The position numbers and the translations under genes are program-made. Below, piece by piece: positions 1 to 9,404 of a stretch of 64,000 nt of DNA. The DNA is taken from positions 2,013-66,012 of the forward strand of contig JASMDX010000014.1 in the NCBI GenBank assembly GCA_030752605.1, written 5' to 3'. Each line of letters starts with the position of its first letter. The stretch's first letter is position 1. Origin of the DNA: Alphaproteobacteria bacterium. GTDB lineage: Bacteria; Pseudomonadota; Alphaproteobacteria; GCA-2731375. The notes below the pieces were generated by a model. It saw nothing but the letters and a program-made list of their open reading frames with translations. It had not been told where the DNA came from and searched no databases.

Positions 1-327
1 CAGCCCGTAACTGGCGGACGCGGCGCGATGACGGCGATCTATTATCTGCTGCGCCGGGGCGAAACCTCCGCCTGGCATCGGGTCAATGACGCGGACGAGA
101 TCTGGCATTACTACGCTGGCGCGCCGCTGGAACTGGTGCGCGGCAAGGAACGGCTGGTGCTAGGCCCGGACCTGGCGGCGGGTGAGCGGCCCCAGGCTGT
201 CATCCCCATGAGCGAATGGCAATCGGCCCATTCCTTGGGCGCGTGGACCCTGGTGGGCTGCACGGTCGGCCCGGCCTTTGACTTCGCCGGTTTCGAGATG
301 GCGCCGGAAGGCTGGCAGCCGAACTAG
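1..327 (+). CDS. Cupin-fold protein (DUF985-like), C-terminal part; 5' end lies outside the window
   Basis: ORF 28..327 shows the motifs YYLLRRGETSAWHRV and DEIWHYYAG, typical of the DUF985 cupin family. The reading frame is open back to base 1, so the true start is upstream. Confidence 0.55.
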   Translation, partial: QPVTGGRGAMTAIYYLLRRGETSAWHRVNDADEIWHYYAGAPLELVRGKERLVLGPDLAAGERPQAVIPMSEWQSAHSLGAWTLVGCTVGPAFDFAGFEMAPEGWQPN

Positions 328-1223
328 CGCAGCTTGTTCGGACGCAAAAGGTCGATGGAAGCCAGGACCGCGCCGCCGGTGATCAACAGGCAAGCCAGCG
401 CCACCGTCCAGGTCGCCGTGGCAAAGCCAAACAGGATCAACACCAAGGTCGAGAGCAACGGCGCCGCGTATGATGAGGCACCCAGGGCCTGAATATGGCC
501 GTGTTTGACGCCATGATCCCAGCAAAAGAACGCTAGACCCACGGGACCAAGGCCCAGGCCGGCAACCGCCAGCCATTGCCTGGCGTCCGCCGGCCAGACC
601 GTACTTTCAAACATCAGATGGGCCAGCAACGCCAACAGAGCCGTGGCGCCACAAAAACCGCCCACCATATCGGTGGGCACATGGCCAAGTCGCCGGGACA
701 AAACGGAATAGCCCGACCACAGGAAGGCGCAGGCCAGGGCTGCGATATGCCCTGGCGCCAGGCGTATACCGGCACTGAAATCCTGATCGCCGCCCATCAG
801 CAAGGCCGCCCCCGCCAGGCCCGTCACGGCACCCGCCAAATGCCACCAGCGCAGCCGCTCGCCCGGCAACAGAGCGGAAAACAAAACGATTAGCAGCGGC
901 CACAGATAGGCAATCAGGCTGGCTTCCACCGCCGGCGCATTGCGCAGGGCCACGAAATAGAAAAAGTGATAGCCAAACAGGCCACCCACGCCCACGGCCC
1001 AGACTAAGGGCCGGTGACGCAGATGGCGAACAATATTCTCGCCCCGCAGCAGCCATTTCAACAATGCCAGTGCAAAGGCAATACCAAAGGTCATAGCCGC
1101 CAGTTGCAGCGGCGGCACCTGGCCCGTAGCAGCGGTGAACAGGGCCAGCAGAGCCCACATCAGGACCGCGACAAAGCCGATCGAGGTTGCCCGACGCTGC
1201 CGGGCCAGCGTGGATGCCGTCAT
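324..1223 (-). CDS. DMT superfamily (EamA-like) transporter
   Basis: 300-aa ORF with about 10 hydrophobic TM segments and a duplicated EamA-like architecture. The ATG at 1221-1223 overlaps the upstream gene's stop by 1 nt. Confidence 0.75.
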   Translation of the reverse strand: MTASTLARQRRATSIGFVAVLMWALLALFTAATGQVPPLQLAAMTFGIAFALALLKWLLRGENIVRHLRHRPLVWAVGVGGLFGYHFFYFVALRNAPAVEASLIAYLWPLLIVLFSALLPGERLRWWHLAGAVTGLAGAALLMGGDQDFSAGIRLAPGHIAALACAFLWSGYSVLSRRLGHVPTDMVGGFCGATALLALLAHLMFESTVWPADARQWLAVAGLGLGPVGLAFFCWDHGVKHGHIQALGASSYAAPLLSTLVLILFGFATATWTVALACLLITGGAVLASIDLLRPNKLR

Positions 1224-1630
1224 CAATACATTTGCTGGCCGCCGTTGATGGACATGGTCGAGCCGGTGACGAAAGTCGCGCTATCAGCGATCGGGAACAT
1301 CACGGCGCGGGCGATCTCGTCGGCATGGCCCAACCGGCCCACGGGAATTTTAGCGACAATCTTTTCCGGCACATTGTCCGGCACCGCCGCCACCATATCG
1401 GTATCCACGTAGCCCGGCGCGATGGCGTTGACGGCAAGGTTATAGCGCGCGCCTTCCTGGGCCAGGGCCTTGGCAAAGCCGTGGATGCTGGTCTCTTCGG
1501 TGAATTGCACCGCGGCCTCATCATTGCCCGCATAATTGGCCGCAACGGTGTAGCCGGCCTCCTTCAAGGCTTCGCTGATCCCCCGGCCAATACCCCGGGT
1601 ACCACCGGTAACCAATGCCGCTCTGCTCAT
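1223..1630 (-). pseudogene. phaB: Acetoacetyl-CoA reductase (PhaB, SDR family) remnant with an in-frame internal deletion of about 100 aa
   Basis: The N-terminus MSRAALVTGGTRGIGRGISEALKEAGYTVAANYAGNDEAA is the PhaB NADP-binding region. The sequence then jumps from ...FTEETSI directly to HGFAKALAQEGARYNLAVNAIAPGYVDTDMVAAVP...GSTMSINGG, the PhaB C-terminus. The central Rossmann segment with the catalytic Ser/Tyr/Lys (NNAG...YSxxK) is missing. The product is 135 aa instead of about 240. Confidence 0.7.
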
Positions 1631-1720
1631 TAGTCCGCCCTCCAACTGGTCTTGTTGCAATTATCCAGGCCATGGATATTTCACGTCATTATGTCATGCT
1701 CTGGCGCGTCCGTAGCAAGT

Positions 1721-2875
1721 TTATGGCCGCAACCCGTCAAGCCAATCAGACAATGGTTGCCACAGGCCGCTCTTGCCGCGCTGGCCCACCACCATGCCGA
1801 TATGTCCCGCCGCCGGTCTGATAACCCGCGCCTGGGGAATGGCATCCGCCAGGGCCTGAGCCGATGCGGCGGGCACAATGCGGTCGTTCTCCGGTATCGC
1901 CGCCAGTACCGGCAGGCGCAGACTGCCGGGGTCCACCGCCTGGCCATCGATCAGCCATTCGCCACGCGCCGTGCTGTTATTGCCGTACCAACCCAACAGA
2001 CAGTCACGCGCCACCGCGGTGGCCAAGGGCACGCCATCGTTGACCCAGTCTTCCAGGGCCACGAAGTGCGCCGCCTCGTCACTTTCAGGGTCCAGCGTCG
2101 CGAAGTAGCAAAACTTGCGCTGTGCCAAGCCAGGGTCCAAGGCCGCGAACAAGGCCTGTAGAACATCCACGGGCAAGGCGCCGAAAGCTTGAAGAATATT
2201 CTCCAAGCCAGGCATTAACGCTTCAATTGCGGGCCATTGCTGTCCGCCAGCCGTGAAATCCCACGGCGTTGCGAGCAGAGCCAGACCTGTCAAATTACCT
2301 TGTCGCTGCTGCCCCAGGGCCAAAGCCAGATCGCCGCCCATGCAGTAGCCCACCAAGGCCGGCTGTTGGTCTGTCCTGTCCTCGAGCACATCAAGCACAT
2401 CGCGCAATCGGCTGATATAGTCGCTCAGGGAAAATGCCAGCTCCCCATCACCCGGCGCGCCCCAGTCCACCAGAAACGGCCGGTGTCCCTGGTTCCACAG
2501 CCAGCCCAGCAAACCGCGTTCTGGTGTCAGGTCGAGCACATGGGCGCCGTTCACCAACGAGGGTACGAACAGAACCGGCCCGCCTTCTCCACCGTAATCC
2601 AACAAACGGGTCGTACCTTGGTGCCAGACTTCGCGGCCCTTGACCCAAGCCCGGCCGTCTGGCCGGGCCGCTGCTTGATAGGCCTTTACGCCGGCCAGCA
2701 TGCCGCTCAGCCGTGTTTGACACTCGGCGGCCACGGCCTGAAACAACACATTGGGTTCACTTTGTTGTAGCGCCGCCGTCAGACCCGCCGCTGTTTCCGC
2801 CAGCTCCGGCCGCCAGGGCAGCGAGCCGTTCCGCGCACTGGGCAAGGCGACGAGCGAACTCATCATGCCTGCCAT
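1721..2875 (-). CDS. phaC: Class III-type poly(3-hydroxyalkanoate) synthase PhaC-like alpha/beta-hydrolase
   Basis: The lipase box GYCMGG (G-x-C-x-G) and a PVLFVPSLVN region resemble class III PhaC. An alpha/beta-hydrolase fold is evident. The start is uncertain: Met candidates at 2875 and 2866 would overlap the upstream ORF, and a Met at 2701 would not. Confidence 0.7.
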   Translation of the reverse strand: MAGMMSSLVALPSARNGSLPWRPELAETAAGLTAALQQSEPNVLFQAVAAECQTRLSGMLAGVKAYQAAARPDGRAWVKGREVWHQGTTRLLDYGGEGGPVLFVPSLVNGAHVLDLTPERGLLGWLWNQGHRPFLVDWGAPGDGELAFSLSDYISRLRDVLDVLEDRTDQQPALVGYCMGGDLALALGQQRQGNLTGLALLATPWDFTAGGQQWPAIEALMPGLENILQAFGALPVDVLQALFAALDPGLAQRKFCYFATLDPESDEAAHFVALEDWVNDGVPLATAVARDCLLGWYGNNSTARGEWLIDGQAVDPGSLRLPVLAAIPENDRIVPAASAQALADAIPQARVIRPAAGHIGMVVGQRGKSGLWQPLSDWLDGLRP

Positions 2876-3131
2876 CGCCGTCGAGAGATGCAGGCTCAGG
2901 GGCCGGGGCCCCCAATGCGGATGCGTCTGCGGTATTTTCTGGCGCGATGTCGTCTCCATCACCTATCCGCCCCCCTATGGCCCCAGATAATGCACCGGAC
3001 AATGCCTCGGCCATGATCCTGGCGGCCTCCGCCGCCGCGCCGCCTGCCTTATCGCTTCCGCCCGCGGCAATCTGCTGCTCCCACAGATCCAGATAGTGCC
3101 GAGCCAATGCGGTCAATTCAGGCTGTTTCAT
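2757..3131 (-). CDS. Hypothetical Ala/Gly-rich protein immediately upstream of phaC (possible PhaE-like partner)
   Basis: ORF with a plausible start MKQPELTALARHYLDLWEQQ. It occupies the position where class III systems carry phaE, but it is low-complexity and only 124 aa. It overlaps the annotated phaC start in another frame. Confidence 0.25.
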   Translation of the reverse strand: MKQPELTALARHYLDLWEQQIAAGGSDKAGGAAAEAARIMAEALSGALSGAIGGRIGDGDDIAPENTADASALGAPAPEPASLDGDGRHDEFARRLAQCAERLAALAAGAGGNSGGSDGGATTK

Positions 3132-3195
3132 AAAAATATTATAGTGCCAGGGGGCGTCAACGGCCAGGGCAAGACTAGAATTGAGACAATGCCGC

Positions 3196-3224
3196 GTTGC
3201 AACAAAATTCTTGCGCACTGCAAC
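3196..3224. promoter_or_regulatory. TGC/GCA-rich palindromes (GTTGCAAC, TTGCGCA, CTGCAAC) in the phaR-phaC divergent region; candidate PhaR operator
   Basis: Seen in sequence about 100 bp upstream of the phaR ATG. PhaR proteins autoregulate by binding TGC-rich repeats. Confidence 0.3.
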
Positions 3225-3313
3225 ATACACGCGCCATATTAGGCAATCGTTTACCATTGCCGCAGAAGAACACAATCCGTGTGGGTTTGTTGGGGCGGCT
3301 CGGTGAGGCAAGC

Positions 3314-3955
3314 ATGGCTGATAAGTCGAATAGTACCGAAGACACCATAGTCATAAAAAAATACGCCAACCGGCGGCTGTATAATACGGCAACGTCCAGT
3401 TATGTGACCCTGGATACCTTATGCGCCATGGTCAAGGACGGTCAGAACTTCGTGGTCCATGATGCCAAGTCGGGCGCAGACATCACCCGCTCGGTCCTGA
3501 CGCAAATCATTTTCGAGGAAGAAAGCAAGGGGCAGAACCTGTTGCCGATCTCCTTTCTTCGGCAGTTGATCGGCTTTTATGGCGATAGCCTACAAACAAT
3601 GGTGCCAAGTTATCTGGAAAGCACCATGTCCGCCTTTGCCCACAACCAGGACCAGATCCGCCAACATCTGACCGAGAACATGGGCGGGGTCAATCCGTTT
3701 CGCCAGATGGAGGAGATGGGCCGTCAGAACATGGCGATGTTTCAACAGGCCATGGGCATGTTCACGCCGTTCGCAAGCAATGCCGCCGCCGCACCGCAAC
3801 CGGAGCAGCCGGCGGCACCGGAACCGACGGCGGAGAGAGATCGCGTCGATGACAATAGCGGTGGTGATGGTGGCGGCGGCGAGGAATTGGACCTTCTGCG
3901 CCGGCAACTAGCGCAAATGCAACAACAGCTAGATAATCTGTCAAATAAAGGCTAG
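3314..3955 (+). CDS. phaR: Polyhydroxyalkanoate synthesis repressor PhaR
   Basis: The signature IKKYANRRLYNTATSSYVTLDTLCAMVKDGQNFVVHDAKSGADITRSVLTQIIFEEE defines the PhaR N-terminal DNA-binding domain. ATG at 3314. Confidence 0.85.
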   Translation: MADKSNSTEDTIVIKKYANRRLYNTATSSYVTLDTLCAMVKDGQNFVVHDAKSGADITRSVLTQIIFEEESKGQNLLPISFLRQLIGFYGDSLQTMVPSYLESTMSAFAHNQDQIRQHLTENMGGVNPFRQMEEMGRQNMAMFQQAMGMFTPFASNAAAAPQPEQPAAPEPTAERDRVDDNSGGDGGGGEELDLLRRQLAQMQQQLDNLSNKG

Positions 3956-3958
3956 GCG

Positions 3959-4591
3959 CTAGCCTGGTTTCGGCCGAAATATTAAGGACAGATTACCCAC
4001 CGGCATGGCCACCTGCTGCGACAATTCCAAACCATGCACTTTTGCCGCCGCTATCACCTGATCCAGATCGCGCAGCCCCCAGGATGGATCCCGCGCCTTT
4101 AACGATTGGTCGAATTCAGCGTCGCTTTCCGTTGCCGGCTGGCCATCGCGCAAGTACGGCCCATAAAGAAACAGGATACCGTTCGCGGGCAACAGGCGGC
4201 CGGCAGCCGCCAGCAAGCCAAGGCCCGCCTCCCAGGGCGAGATGTGGATCATGTTAACGCTTGACACGGCCACCAGGTCTGCCGCGATGTCGGCGACCGG
4301 CCAATCCTTGGCACCGGCATCAAGCACTCGGGTAGCCAGGACATTGGCCGCGCCCGCCTGCCGGCACCAGGCATCAATGCTGATCAGGTTATCCGGATCG
4401 AAATCCGAGGGTACCCAGCGGTGTTCCGGAAATTCCGGTGCGAACCAGGCCGCGTGCTGGCCGCTGCCGGAGGCTGTTTCCAGGATCGTTCCCGGCGTCG
4501 GCATGACGTCCCGCAGTACCGACAGGATGGGTCCCCGGTTCCGGTCCACAGCTGGGGCATATCGGCGCCCGTCTTGGTCTTCATTCGCCAA
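3959..4591 (-). CDS. DUF938-type class I SAM-dependent methyltransferase
   Basis: N-terminal RNRGPIL motif and a 210-aa length. Confidence 0.65.
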   Translation of the reverse strand: MANEDQDGRRYAPAVDRNRGPILSVLRDVMPTPGTILETASGSGQHAAWFAPEFPEHRWVPSDFDPDNLISIDAWCRQAGAANVLATRVLDAGAKDWPVADIAADLVAVSSVNMIHISPWEAGLGLLAAAGRLLPANGILFLYGPYLRDGQPATESDAEFDQSLKARDPSWGLRDLDQVIAAAKVHGLELSQQVAMPVGNLSLIFRPKPG

Positions 4592-4602
4592 GGATGCGCC
4601 TC

Positions 4603-5427
4603 CTATATCCTGCCGCCATCACAGATCAGCACCTGGCCGGTGATGAAGTCAGATTCCGGCAGGCACAAAAGATAGACCGCACCGGCAGCTTCCTCGACCC
4701 GGCCGGCCCGGCCCAGCGAGATGCCTTCGTATTTTACCTTGGCCATGTCGGTGGGAAAGCCAACCTTGAATTGTCGTCCGTGCACCTCGATTTCCGCCGG
4801 CTGCCCTTTGAATTCTTGGGTCAGGCGGGTTTCGATAAAGCCAAAGGCCACGGCATTGACATTGACGCCATAGCGGCCCCATTCCTTGGACAGGGTCTTG
4901 GTCATGCCGACAACAGCCATCTTGCCGGCGGAATAGGCCACCTGGGTGGCTGAGCCGTCAACGCCGGAGACGGAGGAAATATTCACCACCTTGCGCTGCA
5001 CCAGGTTGCCATCGGCGATTTCCCGTTTGGCGGTGGAGCGAAAATGTTCACTGGCCGCGCGCAGAATCCGAAACGGCGCGGTGGCATGCACATCCAGCAT
5101 GGCCTGCCATTGTTCATCCGTGTTGCGCTGGATCGTAGTGTTCCAGATATAGCCGGCGTTGTTCACAATGATGTCCAATCCACCCAGACCATCCAGGGCG
5201 GCATCGACGATACGCTCGCCAAAATCCGGCGCCGCCACATCGCCGTTGCAGGCGATGGCGCGGCCACCCGCCGCCGTGATCAGATCAACGGTTTCCGCAG
5301 CCGGCTCGTCGTCCAGATCATTGACCACCACCGCCGCACCGGCCTTGGCCAAGCGGACTGCGATCGAACGGCCAATGCCCCGGCCCGATCCGGTGACGAT
5401 AGCAACCTTGCCCAATAGTTCGGCCAT
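4603..5427 (-). CDS. SDR family oxidoreductase
   Basis: TGSGRGIG NAD(P)-binding motif, NNAG, and a YSAGK catalytic motif. Confidence 0.8.
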   Translation of the reverse strand: MAELLGKVAIVTGSGRGIGRSIAVRLAKAGAAVVVNDLDDEPAAETVDLITAAGGRAIACNGDVAAPDFGERIVDAALDGLGGLDIIVNNAGYIWNTTIQRNTDEQWQAMLDVHATAPFRILRAASEHFRSTAKREIADGNLVQRKVVNISSVSGVDGSATQVAYSAGKMAVVGMTKTLSKEWGRYGVNVNAVAFGFIETRLTQEFKGQPAEIEVHGRQFKVGFPTDMAKVKYEGISLGRAGRVEEAAGAVYLLCLPESDFITGQVLICDGGRI

Positions 5428-5429
5428 TC

Positions 5430-7118
5430 CTATTTACTCCCGTGTCTCGCAACCGCCGCCTCTCGGATCGCCGTCAAGGTGGTTTTCGAGGTGATCGCCT
5501 CAGGATCGGTGCGGAGCTCCAACACCGCCACCTTGCCGGCGGCCAGCGCTCTATCAAGGGCGGCGGCGAAATCCTCGCTGCGCTCTACAACCTCGCCATG
5601 GGCGCCAAAAGATTGCGCATAAGCGGCAAAATTAGGATTCTGCAGCTCCGTCGCCACTTCGCGGCCCGGGTACTCCCGCTCCTGATGCATCCGAATGGTA
5701 CCGAACATGCCGTTGTTGATGACCAGGTAGATCGGTTTCAAATCATACTGCAGGGCCGTGGCCAGCTCATTGCCGGCCATTAGGAAGCCACCGTCGCCGA
5801 TAAAACTCACCGTGGTGCGCTCTGGGAAAACCAGAGCTGCTGCCAGACCCGCCGGCACGCCGTAGCCCATGGCGCCATTGGTCGGCCCAACCTGGCTGGG
5901 ATAGGTGGAAAACGGCAGATAGCGATGCGCCCAACCGGCGAAATTGCCCGCATCATTGGCCACCAGGCTGTCCTTGGGCAGGCGTTCACGCAGAACGCGC
6001 AAGACATCCGCCATGTCCAGATCACCCAGGGTCGGTTCGATCTCCACATAATCCAGATAGTCCTGGCGCGCCATTGCCAGATCCTCCGCCCAGGCGGCGC
6101 CATCCACCGGCTCCAGCGCCCTGGCGGCGGCGGCGAAGGCGGCCATGCCCGCATTGATCGGCAGTTCGGCCCGGTATACCCGGCCCAACTCCTCGGCATC
6201 GGGGTGGATGTGAACCAAGGGCTGTTTCGGCACCGGGATATCCAGCAGGCTGTAGCCTTGGGTCGTGGTCTCGCCCAAGCGCGGGCCCACCGCGATCAAA
6301 AGGTCGGTCTCTTGCAGGCGCTTGATCAAGGGTGGATTAGAACCGATCCCGACCTCGCCGACATAGTTATCATGATGATTGTCAAAACGGTCCTGATTGC
6401 GGAAGGCACAACAGACGGGCAGGCCATTGGCCTCGGCAAATGCGGTGATATCGGCTACCGCCCCAGGTGTCCAGGTACCGCCGCCCAGCATCATGATCGG
6501 ACGTTTCGCCGCCGCCAACATGGTGCGTAACTCGGCCAGGTCGGCCCGGCCAGGATGGGCCTGCACCCCGCGATAGGCCTTGGCATCGCCAACGCCGGCC
6601 AGTTCGACCAGCATATCCTCGGGCAAGGACAGAACAACCGGGCCGGGACGGCCAGAGGTCGCCACGTGAAAGGCCTGGCTAACCAGCTCCGGAATGCGCG
6701 CGGGGTCGTGAATTTCCGCCGACCATTTGCTGACCTGACCAAAGAAACGGCGGAAATCCATTTCCTGAAAAGCCTCCCGCTCCATCATGGAGCGGCCGAC
6801 CTGACCCACGAACAAAACCATCGGCGAACTATCCTGAAACGCGGTATGCAGCCCCACCACCGCGTGGCAGGCGCCAGGTCCGCGGGTGACGAAACAGATG
6901 CCGGGCTGACCCGTCAGCTTGCCATAGGCCTCGGCCATATTGGCCGCGTTGGCCTCGTGCCGGCAGGTCAAAAGGCGAATTTCCGGGGCATCGTGGAGGG
7001 CATCCAGGGCCGCCAGATAGCTTTCCCCCGGCACGCAGAAGGCGGTATCGACGCCATGAATTTTCAGTTGATCGACCAAAATCTGGCCGCCGGTGCGCAT
7101 GTTGGAGGGATTTGGCAT
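5430..7118 (-). CDS. Thiamine-pyrophosphate enzyme of the acetolactate-synthase-like family
   Basis: Three-domain TPP architecture with GDGG...NNG. A plausible start is the ATG at 7116-7118 (MPNPSNMRTGGQILVDQL...); a second Met 6 codons downstream (MRTGG) is an alternative. The ORF track's longer N-terminus is probably not translated. Confidence 0.8.
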   Translation of the reverse strand: MPNPSNMRTGGQILVDQLKIHGVDTAFCVPGESYLAALDALHDAPEIRLLTCRHEANAANMAEAYGKLTGQPGICFVTRGPGACHAVVGLHTAFQDSSPMVLFVGQVGRSMMEREAFQEMDFRRFFGQVSKWSAEIHDPARIPELVSQAFHVATSGRPGPVVLSLPEDMLVELAGVGDAKAYRGVQAHPGRADLAELRTMLAAAKRPIMMLGGGTWTPGAVADITAFAEANGLPVCCAFRNQDRFDNHHDNYVGEVGIGSNPPLIKRLQETDLLIAVGPRLGETTTQGYSLLDIPVPKQPLVHIHPDAEELGRVYRAELPINAGMAAFAAAARALEPVDGAAWAEDLAMARQDYLDYVEIEPTLGDLDMADVLRVLRERLPKDSLVANDAGNFAGWAHRYLPFSTYPSQVGPTNGAMGYGVPAGLAAALVFPERTTVSFIGDGGFLMAGNELATALQYDLKPIYLVINNGMFGTIRMHQEREYPGREVATELQNPNFAAYAQSFGAHGEVVERSEDFAAALDRALAAGKVAVLELRTDPEAITSKTTLTAIREAAVARHGSK

Positions 7119-7253
7119 TTTGGAATGGTCTCGCAATATAAGGTGGTGAGGTTTTGCAGGGAGGCTTATTGTAACCCAAGGCTGCCCTGGAAACGAGTGC
7201 CCAGGCGAGCGTTCGGGGTCGAGTAAAGCAACAGTTAAACGAGGCAATTCGTA

Positions 7254-8150
7254 ATGAGTGAGTTTGCACCGATTTACCGGGGCAGCGTGAATGCCTGGGA
7301 ATGCGATGTCATGGGGCATCTTAACCTGCAATTCTATGCCGCCAAGCTGTCCGAGGGCCTGGGCCATCTATCGCATGCCCTGGGCCTAGCCCCGGATAAG
7401 GCTGCGCAGCTGCGCAGCCGGCATGCCTTTAGCCGTTATCTGGGCGAGCTGCATGTCGGCGCCGTGCTGGATATCAGGGCCGCCGTGCTAGCGGTGGATA
7501 GCGACAGCATCGATATCCTGGCCGAGATCGTGAATGCGGAGAGCCGTAAAGTATCGGCATCGTTCGAATTGCGCTTCGACAATTTCGACCCCGTTACCCA
7601 GACGAGCATGCCCTGGTCCGACGAGGCGCACCGGCATATGACGGCGATGATCACGGAGCGTTCTGACAATCCGCGTCCGGCCACGGCTGGCGGCCCAGTA
7701 CCTGCGTATTCGGGCACCCTGACGGGGCCATTCGTCTCGTCGCGGGGTACCGTGGATTCTTGGAATTGCGATGGCCTGGGCCGGATGTCATTCCAGCTAT
7801 ATTACGGTATCGCCTCCGACGGCATCGGAACCGTCCGCCATCGCATGGGCATCACCCGCGATGTCTCCAAGCGCAATCAATGGGGTGGGGCAGCGTTGGA
7901 ATACGATGTCCGGTTTCATACCCCAATCAGTGCCGGCGACATTTACAGCCTGCGCACGGGCCTCATGGATCTTGGCGACAAGACTTTCCGCGTCGGTCAT
8001 CAATTCCACAATGACAGTAGCGGCGAACTGGCCGCTTCGTTCGATATAGTCGCCTGCATGTTCGATCTGAAAGCCCGCCGCGCCATGACCATTCCCGACG
8101 ATATCCGGGCCCAGGCCGAAACCTTGATGATTCCCTGGCCACCTGAATAG
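7254..8150 (+). CDS. Thioesterase-like protein with tandem hotdog folds
   Basis: 298-aa protein with two repeated halves of hotdog size. The context is acyl-CoA metabolism. Confidence 0.5.
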   Translation: MSEFAPIYRGSVNAWECDVMGHLNLQFYAAKLSEGLGHLSHALGLAPDKAAQLRSRHAFSRYLGELHVGAVLDIRAAVLAVDSDSIDILAEIVNAESRKVSASFELRFDNFDPVTQTSMPWSDEAHRHMTAMITERSDNPRPATAGGPVPAYSGTLTGPFVSSRGTVDSWNCDGLGRMSFQLYYGIASDGIGTVRHRMGITRDVSKRNQWGGAALEYDVRFHTPISAGDIYSLRTGLMDLGDKTFRVGHQFHNDSSGELAASFDIVACMFDLKARRAMTIPDDIRAQAETLMIPWPPE

Positions 8151-8191
8151 CAAACACGGCAACTTTTACCCAAGAAAGCGAGTTTTACGCA

Positions 8192-9367
8192 ATGATCCGA
8201 GATCCAAATTCAATAGAGGAATTCCTGAACAACATTCGAAAATGGGTCAGAGATGTCGCCATTCCCAACGAGGACAGGGTCGCCGAACTGCACGAAGTTC
8301 CCCAGGACCTGGTCGTGCAAATGCAGGAAATGGGTTATTTCGGATGGGGTGTTCCAGAGGAATTTGGCGGCTCGGACCTGACCACGGAAGAGCTTGTTCT
8401 AGCCGCCTTTGAGCTTTCTTACTGCGCCACCACGTTCCGGGCCTACGTCGGCTCCAACACAGGTATCGGCAGCGCGGCGCTGGTCGCCGATGGGACGCTC
8501 GAACAAAAGGCCAAATATCTGCCGGGGATCGCGACCGGTGAAATCATCGGCTGTTTCGCGCTGACCGAAGCGGACGCTGGCTCGGAAGCGACAGCGTTGA
8601 AGACCAAGGCGGTGCGTGATGGCGAGACATATGTCCTGAACGGAACGAAGAGCTTTATAACCAACGCGCCGATTTCCGATCTTTTCACTGTTTTTGCCAG
8701 AACCAATCCTGACGATCCAGGGCACGGCGGCATTAGTGCCTTCCTGGTGGAACGGGACACGCCAGGCCTTGATACGGGAAAGCCGTATAAAATGATGGGA
8801 CAGGCGGGCTCTCCGGTCTCTGAAGTATATTTCAGCGATTGTAGGGTGCCCGCCGAAAATCTATTGGGCGGACAGGAAAGCGTCGGTTTCAGGACCGCGA
8901 TGAAAGCGCTTAATAGACAACGGATACATTTGGCGGCCTTGAGCACCGGCCCGGCAATGCGGATGCTGGATGAAGCGGTCAATCATGCCATGAGCCGAAA
9001 GCAGTTTGGCCAGCCAATAGGTGGTTTTCAACTGGTCCAGGCGATGATCGCCGACAGCCAAACCGACATAGCTGCCGCCCGCGCCCTGATCCTCGAAACC
9101 GCCCGCAACCGTGACGAGGGAAAGGACATTGTGCTGAATGCCTCCATTTGCAAATATTTTGCGACCGAGATGTGCGGACGCGTGGCGGACCGAGCGGTGC
9201 AAATTTTTGGCGGTTCGGGCTACGTCGCCGACTATAGCAATATCGAGCGGTTCTACCGCGATGTGCGGCTGTTCCGGCTGTACGAGGGAACCAGCCAAAT
9301 TCATCAGCTCAATATCGCCAAGCAAACCCAACGGCGGTTTTCCAAGACAGGTACCGTTCGGACCTAG
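8192..9367 (+). CDS. Acyl-CoA dehydrogenase
   Basis: ACAD fold motifs: GCFALTEADAGS, the FITNA region and a C-terminal catalytic Glu region (YEGTSQI). Confidence 0.85.
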   Translation: MIRDPNSIEEFLNNIRKWVRDVAIPNEDRVAELHEVPQDLVVQMQEMGYFGWGVPEEFGGSDLTTEELVLAAFELSYCATTFRAYVGSNTGIGSAALVADGTLEQKAKYLPGIATGEIIGCFALTEADAGSEATALKTKAVRDGETYVLNGTKSFITNAPISDLFTVFARTNPDDPGHGGISAFLVERDTPGLDTGKPYKMMGQAGSPVSEVYFSDCRVPAENLLGGQESVGFRTAMKALNRQRIHLAALSTGPAMRMLDEAVNHAMSRKQFGQPIGGFQLVQAMIADSQTDIAAARALILETARNRDEGKDIVLNASICKYFATEMCGRVADRAVQIFGGSGYVADYSNIERFYRDVRLFRLYEGTSQIHQLNIAKQTQRRFSKTGTVRT

Positions 9368-9404
9368 AGTACTTTCCGAAATCAACTAGATGCAGAAATC
9401 GCCC

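Noticed and set aside
5807-6530. ORFs 5807..6199 (minus) and 5925..6530 (plus) inside the TPP enzyme gene
   Set aside because: These are alternative-frame and antisense ORFs within a conserved ALS-like gene. They are rich in Arg/Pro/Trp, typical of GC-rich out-of-frame translation.
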